From: Octopus vulgaris
Lineage: Eukaryota
Direction: 5' to 3'
NCBI GenBank assembly: GCA_951406725.2
Contig: OX597816.1
Coordinates: 130,820,001 to 130,884,000 of the forward strand
Length of the DNA stretch: 64,000 nucleotides
Below the pieces are notes generated by a model. It saw only the letters and a program-made list of their open reading frames with translations, did no database searches and was not told the origin of the DNA. Position 1 is the stretch's first letter. Every line of letters begins with the position of its first letter. A program made the position numbers and the translations under genes. Of this stretch, positions 40,394-54,290 are shown piece by piece.

Positions 40394-41755
40394 GCGTGAG
40401 TGTGTGACAGGAAAGTTTTTTTAGACGAATATAACACCTATATCCAAGTAGCAGAAAGATAAGACAGTAAGGTGTGATTTGAGGGAGATTTGGCTGCTAT
40501 TTCTACCATGTCTAGCTGCCATGTAGGGGTCTCCCTCATAGGCTCATACATACATATATACATAGATAAGACAGTAAGGTGTGATTTGGGGGAAATTTTG
40601 CTGCTATTTCTACCAGGTCTAGCTACCATGTAGAGGTCCCCCTCAATTCTTTTATTCTTCTGCTTTTTCCAGCCATTGCTCTGTGGCCATGCTGGGGCAA
40701 TGCCTTGAAGAATTGTAGTTTAATGAATCAACTCCAGTTTTATTTTTGTAAGCATTGTACTTATTCTATCTGTTTACTTTGTCAAACCACTAGGTGACAG
40801 GGATGTAAACAAACCAACATTCATTGTCAAGCAGTGGTGGAGGACAATCACAAGCACAGACACACACACACACACACATACATGCATACACATATACACA
40901 CATACATACATACATATATATATATGTGTGTATATATATATTGCAGCGTGGAAGGTGTTTGTAAGCCATTTAAGAAACGCACAAAAACCGTTACATTCAC
41001 TTCAACATTTAAATTTAATTTGCCAAAATATTTTCGTCGCTTTGAGACCGCGACCTGTTCACTGACAAAAATATCGTGCTTACAGGTCGCGGTCTCAAAG
41101 CGACGAAAATATTTTGACAAATTTAATTTAAATGTTGAAGTGAATCTAACGGTTTTTGTGTGTTTCTTAAATGGCTTATAAACACCTTCAACGCTGCAAC
41201 TGTTTTCGTTCCAGCACACGATCTCAGATCAAGTCACTTGCTATGCAAGTACATCTCTGTAACTATATATATATTTATATATATATATATATGTATATTG
41301 GTAAAAACAGTAAGATAACAAAAGAAAGAATGAGACCTCAATATTATGTAAATAGAGGAAATCTTTATATATAAAAGTGAGGTTGTGTGTCTGTCTCCTA
41401 CGATTTAGATTCCTAACTACTCCCACATTTTGCGGTGCAGTTTAACCAAAACCGGGTATCTTATAGTCGTGATTCATATCGAGACCGTCTGGGTATTAGC
41501 GTGCGTCTACGATGAGTCTACGATTTAAAAAAAAATTACCATCAATTTTTCCCATTTTTAATCCATTTTTGAAATATATAAGGGAAGTAACTCTCTAAAA
41601 TTTATTATTAAATCTCAGAACGTAAAAAGCTACAGTAACACCCCTCCCCCTTTGTGGTTAGCCATATTGAGATGGCTATTATACTTTACATCTCTAAAAA
41701 TGCTTATATAATTATTTCCCTTACAAATCCGAGCAACGCCGGGCGATACTGCTAG
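39919..41755 (+). mobile_element. Composite non-autonomous Helitron, copy 2
   Basis: Same A|TC start and CTAG|T end as copy 1. Internal second Helitron-like 5' end tctttatatataaaagtg at about 41362. Contains the palindrome 40941-41199. Confidence 0.85.
41019..41069 (-). ncRNA. Duplicate of the G3-C8 hammerhead candidate
   Basis: Same motif as 35096-35146, differing only in the stem II loop. Confidence 0.55.
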
Positions 41756-42194
41756 TTTGTTAATATGACTTAAGATGGTGTTTTCACTTACCAAGTTGTG
41801 ACATTCTGCATTCATGACAGCATCTACCTGTGTCATTTCTCATTGTTTTCTGTTTATGTTTTTAAAATAATTTAACGTTTTCGAAAAAGCACGGATTTGC
41901 TGTTACTACATTCATAGCAACACTTTTTCCCTCTCCCTCTCACTTGACGCGACATTATAACGAAGTGAAAATGAAGTTTGCAAAAAAAGTGTGTATACAA
42001 TAAAATTGTCGAAAGGCTCATACTGAGATTAGTCTTTTCAATTGGGCCGAACGCTCCTCTTCCACCCATCTTTCAGTAAATATAATGGAGGTAGTACCTC
42101 TCTCATCCCTCCCCTTCTTCTCAAATGGTACGTGAAATTCATGAGAGATTGACCCAAGAGGAAAAGTTTGTTTCCAGTTCTTTTATTTATGGTC

Positions 42195-42650
42195 TACCGT
42201 GCTATCTCGTTCACCATAGTAACCAGATGAAGAGGAATTGTCTGCCCTTCCTGATTAAAGGAAAGCTGTGGAGCGATCGTCATGATGGATTCTGCTGATA
42301 ATCTGTCCTTCATACAACCACAACTCTTCGACGACAATCTGCAATTCGCTAATGCTCGGACACTGCATGCAGGGTGGTTTCGTAGTCCTGCAAACGTCCG
42401 GATGACAGTTCTTGCGCGTCTGAGGATATGAGTGACGATCTTGAAGAAATTCCGGGCGGTGACGAGAAGGAATTGGGTTGATGTTGGAAGGCGTCCCTTC
42501 CACAAAGGACAAAAGATCATAAGCTCTTGCTTAGCCAGATGCAAATTGAATTAAGTCATAACCGTCTGGAGGTAAATTATAATTTCCAGCTTAAACTGAC
42601 CACCCTGCTCGTAATCCCGTCCCAGTTCTTCTCTACCTGACGGGCTGGAT
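42195..42650 (-). mobile_element. Possible decayed Tx1/L1-like LINE C-terminal fragment
   Basis: GC-richer coding-like segment with Cys-rich PCMQCPSI followed by RLSAESIM. No catalytic motif. Confidence 0.3.
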
Positions 42651-43126
42651 CAGCTTAACAACGGACCATGTGATGGGTAAATGGCAGACATACTGACTTA
42701 AAAATAAAATTATAAATAATAATAGCAATAGCGTCAACAATGACAACACCGATAATGTTGATAATAGTGATGATGATGATCATAGTAGTAGTAGTAGTAG
42801 TAGTAGTAGTAATGAAAATAATAATAATAATGGACTCTACCGTCGAAGATGACGAATGAATGTTCAGCTTTTGCCGAGGGACCTGCACAAATGATTTGTT
42901 TATAGTGATCAAATGCATGTGCTGTACATTAGCTCATTCCCTCCACCAAATCGCTGTTGTCTGAATAGGAACACGATGTACATCGTGTCAGCTGTCGAAG
43001 CGATCGCAGAGCAACGTGAGATGAAGTGTTTTGCTCAACAACATAGCGCACAACCCGGTCTAGCAATTGAAACCACAACCTCGCGATCATGCGTACAGCG
43101 CCCTAACCACTAGGCTATGCGTTCTC

Positions 43127-43140
43127 ACAACAACAACAAC

Positions 43141-43218
<78 letters not shown>

Positions 43219-43306
43219 AAGAAGAATGACAACAGCAGCAGTAACAACAGCAACAACAACAATAATAATAACAACAATAACAACAAGAATAGTAATGATG
43301 ATGATG

Positions 43307-43364
<58 letters not shown>

Positions 43365-43402
43365 TGATGATGATGATGATGATGATAATATTGATAATAA
43401 TA
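43127..43402. repeat. Compound trinucleotide array (AAC/AAT/AAG/GAT)
   Basis: Directly visible. Confidence 0.95.
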
Positions 43403-43739
43403 AATTACTGTTAAATTTCTTTTTTATTCTTTTATCACAGACGCCCACAAAAAGATTTATTGAAGAAATAAAATCGAATAAATGATATTTCTTTTATTGC
43501 TGTACATGTATATGGCGTTGGAAATGTGACCGTCAATGGATGGTGGGGTGGTAGAAGGGAGAGAGATGGGGGGGGGACGCCACTAGCGGTCAAAAGAAGT
43601 TGTGAAAAATCATGCAGGGACTATTAAACATTGACAAAATAACCAGTCAACTAAAACAGCCAATTTAACAGATAGATGCCGAACTCCTGTTTAACGTCTT
43701 CCATTTGGGATGAAGAGCGTATATATGTATGTATGTATG

Positions 43740-43773
<34 letters not shown>

Positions 43774-44031
43774 TGTATGTATGTGTGTATGCATGGCTGT
43801 ATGCATGTATATGTGTGTTTGTGTTGGGTGATGGTGCCTGCAGTAAGATAAGAATCACACGGAGCAATGTGCATAAACACACACAGAGACAAACAGGCAC
43901 GTTCTCACAAACAAGCAAATACTTGCCTACTCACACACGTACCCGCATATACACACGGAAACAATCACTGATACCCTGTTGTTTTTTTATATCTTCTGTA
44001 AGTACATGATATTCCTATAAACCGCTGGAAG

Positions 44032-44077
<46 letters not shown>

Positions 44078-44098
44078 ATATAAATCTGTGTGTACATA

Positions 44099-44161
<63 letters not shown>

Positions 44162-44236
44162 TGTTTTTTTGCAAATAGTGGTTTTGTTCTAATATTTTTA
44201 TATATATATATAGTATGTATATAAATCTGTGTGTAC

Positions 44237-44284
<48 letters not shown>

Positions 44285-44286
44285 AT

Positions 44287-44327
<41 letters not shown>

Positions 44328-44384
44328 TCTAGCTGTCTATCTATCTATATGTATAAATATATCTATGTACATGTGTGTGTGTGC

Positions 44385-44438
<54 letters not shown>

Positions 44439-44744
44439 ATAGAGAGAAACAGAGACAGAGGGAAAGAAAGAGAAAGCGAGTGAGAGATGAGTGATGTGTG
44501 TGTATACGTGTGTGTGTGCGCGCATGTGTTGCACGTGTTTGTGTGTGTGCTTGCTGTACATGTATGCATATGTCCACACTGGAAATTCGTTTTATCAATA
44601 ATAACGATTTATTTTATTTGTGACAAGGACCCGCAATATTGAAGACAGTACTCAGAGGAATAATATAAGAAAGCTACATACCAGAAACAATGAAAGTTAT
44701 AATAACATCAAGGAAAAGGTTGTAATCAACTAACGAATAGATAC

Positions 44745-45188
44745 TGGTTTCAAATCATGGCACAAGGCCTGCATTTTCGTAGGTGGACTAAGTCGATTAC
44801 AGTGACCCGAGTGATCCACTGGTACTTATTTTATCGACCCTGAAGTGATGAAAGGCGAAATCGACCACAGCGGGATTTGAACTCAGAACATAAAGGCAAA
44901 CGAAATGCCGCTAAACATTTTGCCCGGCGTGCTAACGATTCTGCTATTTCGCCGCCATGCTCTACTAAAGTACAGATTTTGATTTCAAATTTTGGCACAA
45001 GATCAGCAATTTCATAGGATGGGGTAGGTCGATTACAACGACTCCAGTACTCAGTTGGTACTTATTTTATTGACCTCCAAAGAATGAAATGCAAAATCGA
45101 CCTCGGCGGAATTTGAACTCAGACCATAAAGATGGACGAAATGCATTTTGCCCGGCACGGTAACGATTCTGCCAGCTTGCTACCTTAA
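44745..45188 (-). mobile_element. Two adjacent SINE family B copies (44745-44957 and 44982-45188)
   Basis: Reverse complements of the family B core (tggtacttattttat.gacc; atttgaactcaga). Confidence 0.8.
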
Positions 45189-45194
45189 ACTAAA

Positions 45195-47700
45195 GAAACG
45201 CCACCCTGAAGACCATCCAGACCTATGCTCCCATAAATGCAAGTGAAGACGATGTAGTGGTAGAAAGCGCTGGCTCACAAACCCCTTTATACCATAGTAA
45301 TGTGAGATTTCAACACAAAGGCTGGAAAAAGACGACGGGGAGAGAAATATGTTGGTAAGTTTTGGTCAAGAAACAGAAACAAAGGAAGAAAACGTTTGGT
45401 TACCATGGCAGAAAAAATAAGACTTTATATTGGGAACAGCATATACAGGAAGCAATCTGGAAAGAAATGGACCTGGATAGCCCCAAACGCTCAACACAAA
45501 AATATAATCGACTACATCCTGATCGATAAACTGTTGTCTCACTTGTAGCGCCATTCAGCACAGGCAGTAATCATCGCTTGCTATGGCGAAGATCATGATC
45601 AATGAGATCAGTGAGGAAAAGTCTCTGCACATCTCAGAGAAGAATCAATGTGTCAAGTTATTAGATGTAAAACAGTTGTAGGAAGCAACTGGTATCAACT
45701 ATAAGGTTGTCCCAAAAGTTCGTAGAAAGTCTTGGAAAATAATGGTCTTTATTTTGAGGAATAATTTTTGTTGTTTTTGTTAGTTCTTGGCGAGTAAAAA
45801 TTCAATTTTCGCAAGTGTTTACGATCTTTTGGGACAACCTAATATAAGAACTCGATGAGGACTACAATTTGGTGGTCCAGAAAATTTAAAGCTGCATATG
45901 GAAAGCAAACCAACTGGAACCTGAGAGAAGAATATCGAAGGAGACGAAGAAAATGCTAGAAAAACGGAAAATGATGAAGAACATGAAATATTCCGTTCTT
46001 TGCGAAGCGATCAGACAACATCTAAGAAATTACTTCGAGAATGAAAGACTGTAGAAATTGATGCAAGCTGCAGAAGAAAGGAGACATTTAAAAAGATGCA
46101 GGAGAAGGCTTGCACTCTATATGTCGGAGGTGACGGACCTTCAGAAGAATAATATATTCACAGTGACAGATAAAGGGGAGATGGAGGAGGCATGGAAAAT
46201 CTACACCACTCTTCTTTAATCATCAGTAAAGCTCAGTCCTCCACCGCCACAAATGTTGGACTAAGTGCCACCTATTTTGATCAGTGAAATTGAAAATGCC
46301 TTCAAACTGATGAAAACAGACAAAGATCCTGGGAAAGATAGCTTTACAAAAGATTTGTTAAGAAGCAGAGGTGAAGGGTTGTGGAAAATTTTCGTTCTAT
46401 GCTTCAATCGCTATCTGAAGGAGGGCAAAATATTCTCACTGTGGACAGTGTTAAATACCATTTTGCATTATAAGAGGAGTGATAAAGAAGGTTTAAAAAA
46501 AACCTATCGCCCCATATGCCTCTTGTCCCACCTCCAAGAGCAATTTACAAAGTCACCAGACTATCAAAACCCTCGACGACCGACAGCTGAGAGAGCAAGC
46601 AAGTTTTCGTAACAACTATAGTACGATATATCGCATTCATTCTAACAGCTCATAGAACGAGCGAACGAATACAAGCTTCCTCTGTAGATCGCTTTTGTTG
46701 ATTACAAAAAGGCCTTCGATAGCCTCGAGATGAACGCAGTGTTGAAGTCCCTGGAAATGCAAGGTGTTGAGGCGCAGTTCATCCAACTGCTCAGATATGC
46801 GAACTCTGGATGCTTTATCTATTGCTATAGCTATGCTATCCCCACCAGTAAGAATCCCAATTAAGAAAGGTGTCAAGCGAGAAGATGCTATCTCTCCAAA
46901 GTTCTTTACCGCATGTTAAGAAATAACCATCAAGGACATTGACTGGACAGGTGACGAATGCACATTGTACGCATCGCTGAAACCACAAAGCAGCTGTAAA
47001 CAATGCTCACAGAAGTGGATACTAAGAGGTTAGCAGCAGGTCTTAAAATGAACTACATGAAAGCAAAATATATGCGACCGGAAGATGTAGCACATGGCCG
47101 AAAAGAGGCAAAAAGCAATGAAATCGAGGAGGTAAAGGAGTACGTCTATTTAGTGCACACAGTGAATTTGTGCTGAGATATGGATGCTGAAATCACGAAG
47201 AGAATAAGGGCAGGATGGAAGGCATCACAATATAGTGCTCAAAACAAAGATAGACAATACCATTGATTCTTCAACAGCAATGTTCTGCCAGAGACTCTTT
47301 AATAGCATCGTTCTACCTGCGCTCTTATTCGCAACTGAGACATGATCTACTATGAAGAAGATAGAACGTCGATTGGATACGATGCAAAGGCCCATGGAAA
47401 GATCCATGCTAGGAATATCATTAGGAGAACACATTCGAAATGAGATAATTCGAGAACGGCGCAGAGTGAACGATGTGTTTGCAGAATACCGAAAGTGCAA
47501 GTTCCGTGGGGCCGAACGTGTAGCAAGGTTCACGTTGGACGCGTGCAGTTACTGAGTGATACTGAAGAGATCGGAAAGGGCCTCTGATCAAGTTAAGTAA
47601 TTTGGGCCAAGATGGAAAAGAATGGCGCAGTCAAGACAGAATTGGAAGTGCATTGTGAGCAGCGGTGTATTACAGCAGCTGATGGTTTAGTCAATACTGT
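45195..47700 (+). mobile_element. Decayed RTE-clade LINE (endonuclease remnant and RT)
   Basis: IQTYAP near 45215, YRPICLLSHL, AFVDYKKAFDSLE, KGVKREDAISPKFF and MERSMLGISLGEHIRNEIIRER. Many stops and frameshifts. Confidence 0.85.
45702..45842. mobile_element. mariner-type MITE nested in the RTE element
   Basis: TIRs taaggttgtcccaaaagttcgta and tacgatcttttgggacaacctaa, with TA flanks. Confidence 0.8.
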
Positions 47701-48119
47701 GATACTTTGATATGCATATATACATATATCTATACGTATATGTATTTATGTGTATGTGCGCGCGTATGTGCGTGTATGTGTGTATATGTACGTATGTATA
47801 CACAGAGAAAGAGAGAGGGGAGAGGGAACTAGTAGAATGCTAGAAGTATAGATACTTTAGAGAAATTTCAGTAGGTGGTAATTTAAAGTCGATCTCAAAC
47901 TGACAAATACTAAGATCCCCGTCTAACTTGAAATTATTTTCCACCTCCCCATATTAAGGAGATGAGAAAAAGATTCCTATCGCAGTTTAATGAGTGTCAG
48001 GCACGAAACTCTCTCTCTCTCTCGGCATTGCAGCTTCTTTGTAACTTCTACTTTTTAAAAAATTACCAACATCTGTACAGACATACATATTTGTATGTGT
48101 GCCCTTCTGTTTACCTGTA

Positions 48120-48620
48120 CATGGTGGCTGCCCCCTCGTTATCGAGTATGGCCATTGTACGAAGCCTAATCAATGTTGTTATCGTGCAATGCCTGTGCAA
48201 GAAGATATTTTTTTAAGTGGGGAAAGGCTGTGCACTGAGTCAATCCCACTCACTAAGCAACAGCAGCCATAATCTGAAAAGAAGAACAAGTCAACATCAA
48301 CTGTAACCACTGAGCCGCAGGTTTTATGTCGGAGTTATCCCAGTTACCTGAGTTGCCTTCTCCTAGAAGGATGCCCTGACAAAAGCTAGGAGTCCTTCAC
48401 TCCCAATGATTTAACTACGCGATCGGGTATTCAATCCGATTATTTCTATGTCCCCGCGCATGATACAGCTTTAAGACATTTATTGGATGGTCGTTGACTC
48501 TCAAGAGTTCCTCCGCCCTTTGACGGGTTTTGTTTTTCATTCCGCAGGGTGATCAATAAACACCCTCCTCACCAAGCGAGCTTGGTGGGTTTGCCGGTTT
48601 AGTCGCCGACGACCCGACCA
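48120..48620. mobile_element. Unclassified GC-richer interspersed repeat, possibly an RTE-related non-autonomous element
   Basis: Discrete 500-bp compositional block with a gttgccttctcctag motif reminiscent of RTE 5' UTRs. Single copy in the window. Confidence 0.3.
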
Positions 48621-48681
48621 TATATATATATACTTGAAAATGGATGCGTCGTGTTCAATTAAATATTAAATAATATATGTA

Positions 48682-48767
<86 letters not shown>

Positions 48768-48944
48768 TACTTACACGCATATATGGTACAGGACGTTACC
48801 AACGGTGCAAATAACATGAAATACGTAAACAACGAGAAAGAAAATGGAAAACAGGACAAGTAAATATAAAGAAAGGCCCTTTCATCAGTTGTCGGCTGTC
48901 TATCTACTCCTCATTTCGAACATATATATATATATCATGCAGGA

Positions 48945-49110
48945 GTACCAACTTGAAGGGTTTCAGTCGAACAAATCGACACTAGAGCTTATGTTTTAAG
49001 CCTGGTACTTATTCTATCGGTCTTTATGTCGAACCGCTAATTTGCAGGGACGTAGACACACCAACACCGGCTGTCAAGCGGTGATGGGAGACAAACACAA
49101 AGACACACGT
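48945..49110 (-). mobile_element. SINE family C, 3' part
   Basis: agtcgaacaaatcgac...gcctggtacttattctatcgg...gaaccgctaa. Confidence 0.75.
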
Positions 49111-49729
49111 CTATATGTATGTGTGTGTGCGTGTGCGTGCGCGCGCGCGTATGCATGTATATATATATATATATATATATACACGTTTCTATCATGTTCG
49201 TATTACTAAAAGTACAGACACAAAAATGTACACACACACACACACACACACATATACTCACTCACATACACACCTATCCATGTACACAAACATACATGAA
49301 TACATGTGGACGTCTGTCTGTATTGCATCGCTCTATATTAATGCACGTGCACGCGCATTTGTGCATGTATGTATATCTGTATGAATGTAGGTGTATCTCT
49401 ATGTGCGTGCGTGTGTGTGTGTGCGTGTGTGCGTGCGCGTGTGACAGTGTGTGCGTTCGTATGTATGTGTCTCGGTCTACGTTTGGGTATGGTGACAAAG
49501 GTAAGAGGTGATAGATAGTTAATCAATTGCTGTATAAAGGAAGGTGCGTCGACATCTTATTCTAACAAACCAGGGTGATAGTTCAGCGAAGTAGATGACC
49601 GAATCTAAGCGTTAATGAACGCCTACAGTGGGAGGAGCGACTATTTTGTGACACGCCTTCTTTTATATATTTGTGATATGGTAGTATTCGCTAGACAAGC
49701 GCAGACACACCAACATCCACAGATACACA

Positions 49730-49790
<61 letters not shown>

Positions 49791-49896
49791 GCACACACAC
49801 ACATGCACACCACACCACACACTTGCTTTTATAATATACATACACGCTGGCATTTATGTAGTTATACATATTTATGCACCCATACACACACTTTTT

Positions 49897-50067
49897 TTCT
49901 TTTACCTTTTATTTGTTTCTGGCATTTGACTGCGGCCATGCTGGAGCACCGCATTGAAGGGGTTTAGTCGAACAAATCAACCTCAGTGTTTTTCTAAAGC
50001 CTGGTATCTTTTGTCTCTAGGTTACGAGAGCGTAAGCCGTGGTGGGGAACAAACACAGACATTAAGG

Positions 50068-50138
<71 letters not shown>

Positions 50139-50260
50139 ACACATGCTTATACGACGGGCTTCTTTTAGTTTTTTGTCTACAAAATCCACTCATAGAGCTT
50201 TGGTCGGCCCAAGGTTATAATAGGTCAAGGTGCCGCTCTGTGCGACGGAACTCGGAACCG
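49897..50260 (-). mobile_element. SINE family C copy
   Basis: tttgactgcggccatgctggagcaccgc...(CA)n...acgacgggcttctt. Confidence 0.8.
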
Positions 50261-50261
50261 A

Positions 50262-50597
50262 GCTGGTTGTCAACATCAAGGAAGTGTTCGGAGACCTTTC
50301 GAATGATACACTGAGGGACGCATGCACCAGATTCCGGAGCCGTCTTGAGGTCGTGGAGGAAGTTGAGGGCGGTTATCTCCCACCCATAATACAGCTCATA
50401 TTTTTTTAATTTTTAAAAATACCATCATTTTTTAATATACTTTTATTTTTGGATGGTATATGGATTTTTGTTATTCTGTGTCTGGGGAGAATCATTAGAA
50501 AGAATCTTGCAAACCAGATACAAAAACGATTTATGGATACTGTGGGGGTTTTTTTTCCACTTATGCAAACTGTCAAATTTAGTCCGAACACTCTGTG
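50262..50597 (+). mobile_element. maT/Tc1-like transposon 3' remnant
   Basis: Translates DACTRFRSRLEVVEEVEGGY, homologous to SCSRFRSRLEAVVEANG in the element at 62931-63864. Confidence 0.6.
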
Positions 50598-50608
50598 TAT
50601 ATCAAAAT

Positions 50609-50673
<65 letters not shown>

Positions 50674-51268
50674 CCTCCCTCCATCCATCCATCCATCCAT
50701 CCATCCATCTATCCATCCATCCATCCATCCATCCATCCATCTATCTATCTAATCTGTCTGTCAGTCTGTCTGTCTGTCAGTCAGTCTGTCTATCTATGTG
50801 TCTCTGTCTGTCTGTCTGTCTGTCTATGTATCTATCTATCTATGTATCTATCTATCTATGTATCTGTCTGTCTGTCTGTCTTTCTGTCTGTCTGTCTGTC
50901 TTTCTGTCTTCCTGTCTTTCTGTCTTTCTATCTATCTATCTATCCATCTATCGATTGATCGATCTGTCTATACCTCGGCATATCTTAATGAAACAAAAAA
51001 CATCCACACCAAGCAAGAAGACCTACTTTCATTTAATGCTCCTAAAGATCAACGCTCTCATTGCTAGAATAAGATGGAGAGCATAATAATTTCATAAGGA
51101 GAAAGGAATTTCGGCAAGCGAGTATGACTCTCTAACCACAACTTCCGAACTTACAAATCACCACGGTCACCCTGATCTAAATAAATACTATACACTCGTA
51201 CGTCTTGCCCTTTCCCCACTATTTTTTATATCCTACTCTTTCTTTTTTTTCTTTCCTTCTCCCCCCCC

Positions 51269-51299
<31 letters not shown>

Positions 51300-51496
51300 A
51301 GCAGGTGAATGAATTATCCTATGTTTATCGTCAGCATGGAAAATTCGTTTAACCGAAACCTGGGTAGCAAATTCACGTCAGAAACACGGATGAAGCGACC
51401 TGTCAAGGGTAGAAACTCCGGGTTCATGTGCAGAAATTTGTGTGTTGTATATGAATAAATGAAAGAATGGAGTCGAACGAAGATGTTAACAAAATT

Positions 51497-51589
51497 CCTT
51501 TACTCTCGACATATGTTTCGAAGACAGCATGTTTTCATTCCAAAGGAATAAAGGGTGCATTATGCAATCTTCTCATCAGGAAAGAAAGG
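51497..51589 (-). ncRNA. Type-I hammerhead ribozyme with canonical core
   Basis: Minus strand CCUUUCUUUC CUGAUGA GAAGAUUGCAU-loop-AUGCUGUCUUC GAAA CAUAUG UC GAGAGUAAAGG. All core nucleotides are present, all three stems pair, and the cleavage triplet is GUC. Confidence 0.78.
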
Positions 51590-52269
51590 GAGCCTCTCTC
51601 GACAACAAGACAAACAAAAATTTCGATGATTGCCTACATGGTAAACAAAGCGACAATGAGTGCTTTTTTAAAAAAATCCGTTAGAAGAATTGACGTCAAA
51701 GTTAGATAGTAGGAAGAGAAGAGATAAAGGAATAATAGGTAGGGAACAAGTGGAGAGGGAAGGATACGTTGATTGAAAGAATGTTCGAAGGCTTAGGAAA
51801 GAATTTCTCTATAGTAGTGGGGTGGACGTAAAGCTAATTGTTCAAGCCACAGTGACTATCGTTATCATTTATATGAGTAGAAAATGTGTTTCTGCCAGTT
51901 TTTACATTTGTATGATTTTTCTATGAGTGTGTTTACTAGGGGAACCTTACAGAAAAGAATATATATATAAACCAAAATCAACAGATACTAAAATCTGCTG
52001 ATCAAAATTTTGGGAAAATATAGACGATGTAAAGAGGAATGGTCTTTAAAGCCAACAGGTGAAAGCAACTGACATATTTTGCAATTATTACGCCTTCCCA
52101 CTGAAAATATATTCATTTCAGGTGTTAGACTTAGAAGTGATCCGTACACATAGGACTAGAAATGACGTAGTAGCACTGAACATGGATATTAGCTATATGG
52201 TTAAGTGAAAAGCTATCTGTGAAATTTGTTTTCTTCAGAAATGCTCTGAAAAAGCCCAAATTTATACTG

Positions 52270-52850
52270 TTTAATGCCACAAACGAAACGTCCATCTTCA
52301 CTAGAGAGCAGTTTGTAGAAGATATGGACAATTTCTGCAACCTGGGCAATGTGGTCCGTAGTGATGGGGGTATAGAAAGTTATAAGAACTGCAAAATTGG
52401 AAAGTAGGTACTGTATTCCAGCGTCTGCGTCAAATTACAGCAACAACAAAGCTTCAGTACTGTCATGGAGATTCAATGGCAAAATGCCAAGGTTCTGTAT
52501 GACATTCCACTAAAAATTCATACGGAAGATCCTCAAAGTCACTTAGCAAGAAAGAATCACAAATGAGGAAATCCTTCTATAAAGCAAATCCCAGCCACAA
52601 CAAAACATCGTGACACTGCGTCGGTTTCGCTTTGCAGGTCACATTTTGTGCCAATCTCAGCATGGAAAGATTATCTCGGTATGGACATCAGAAGGAAAAC
52701 GAGAGGGGGAAAGGCCAGCCCAAGAACGCCTTAAAGGATCAATTGGACAAGAGCAGAAAAACTGTGATAGATCAACTACACTAGAGGAAGTTGGCTCCTA
52801 TCTTATGCACCCAACAATGTGGGAGGGAATCAAGTATACGTTTTAGTCAG
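52270..52850 (+). mobile_element. RTE-like LINE C-terminal remnant
   Basis: VEDMDNFCNLGNVVRSDGG...KIGK and LRRFRFAGHIL resemble the RTE F.YLGS and RW.GH motifs. Confidence 0.65.
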
Positions 52851-53719
52851 ATGTAGCACCTATGATAATTCTGAGGGGAATCTAAGAATGTATATTGAGC
52901 ACGGGATGAAAAGGAAGCATTTAGTTGAAATATAACAATATGAATATAATTTGCAATTTAACTGAGAATTTAAGAGTAATTGTAAATATTGCAATAATTT
53001 TGTGTCTACGTTCTTTGATTTTCGCCTGAAGAAACAAATATTCTTTATTTAGCGATTGAAATAGGTTTGCTTGCAAAGACAGCAACTTCTGGCGGTCTTT
53101 GGAGTTGATAAAATCATGTACCAGTCTGTTAGGTACATCTTTTTCCTATCCAATTTTCTAGCCTTATTCCTAACCTGGAAACAATTATTTAATAAGAAAA
53201 AAAAAGGTGTGATGATAATGTAAAACTGACCAAAATTCCTAGATTAGTGAGACAATCCATGTTTAGAACTTTTATCCAGACATATAAGTATGTTGGTCCC
53301 CTTGGAGAAGAGTCGATCACGCTTGATCACTTTTAAGTCTACCTAGCTAAGGTAAATGTGCTATACATCGAAACATGTCCATTGCTTTTACCAGTTGTCT
53401 GCATCGTCTATATTTCCCCAAAATTTCAATTATCTGATTTTAGTGGAGTTATTGCCCTTGCTTGTTTATTTTAGATTTCAAGTAATCTCTATAAGTTGTG
53501 TGTTTGTGTGTGCGTGTGTGTGTGTGGGGGGTGCCTGTGTAAACGTTTTAGTAAGAAATTAGAAGAATTTAAGTAATTATCTGATTTAGCATTGGAATTC
53601 GGGATATATTAATTCACAATAGGCATTTAACTTTACTGAGACCTTTGCTATAGAAATTATCTTTAGTATATATTTTTAATCTGATTGAAAATTCTATTCA
53701 TTTTATTTTAGTTCAAGGA

Positions 53720-54200
53720 ATACAACAACAGGTACTCTCTTTTTGTCTTTTCCTGCTGTTTGATGTCATCTGCCTCAAGTATTCCCAGGTAATTCATAGC
53801 TAGATTGAGGTTGAATTGCCTTCATCATTTCATCACTTGGCAAACATATGCCTTCTGTCCTGGCAAGCTTTCCTCGTCTTGTCATCATCGTAGCACATTT
53901 TGAGAATTCAAACTCCATCTTAATATCACAGGAGAAAATTCGCACATACTGGACTAGGCTGTCCAGTTCTGACTCAGTTTTTGTGAATAGCATCAGGTCG
54001 TTCATGAATAGCGAGTGGTTCCGTTTTTCCTTACCTCTTCCCAGATCATGCCCCAACTTCGTTTTCTGTAGTATTTCACTCAAGGGGATCATTCCCAGCA
54101 CGAATACCAGTGGGGACACACTGACCCCTGGAAGATTCTCACTTGATTTTCACTTCTCCTGGTACTTGCTTCCTTGCTGACAATTTCGTTCTCCAATATC
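53720..54200 (-). mobile_element. R4/Dong-like LINE RT fragment
   Basis: ORF 53775-54119 has SPLVFVLGMIPLS...NHSLFMNDLMLF...FSCDIKMEF..SKCA, matching the R4/Dong HLLYMDDLKL...DI.M.FG..KCA pattern. Confidence 0.75.
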
Positions 54201-54219
54201 TCATGCTATTCGATATAAG

Positions 54220-54290
<71 letters not shown>

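Noticed and set aside
48865-48900. CUGAUGA on the minus strand as another hammerhead
   Set aside because: No GAAA or stem III follows the putative stem II.
51380-51425. cggatgaag...gaaactc on the plus strand as a hammerhead
   Set aside because: Core position 4 is G and the stems are poor, so it cannot be supported from this copy.
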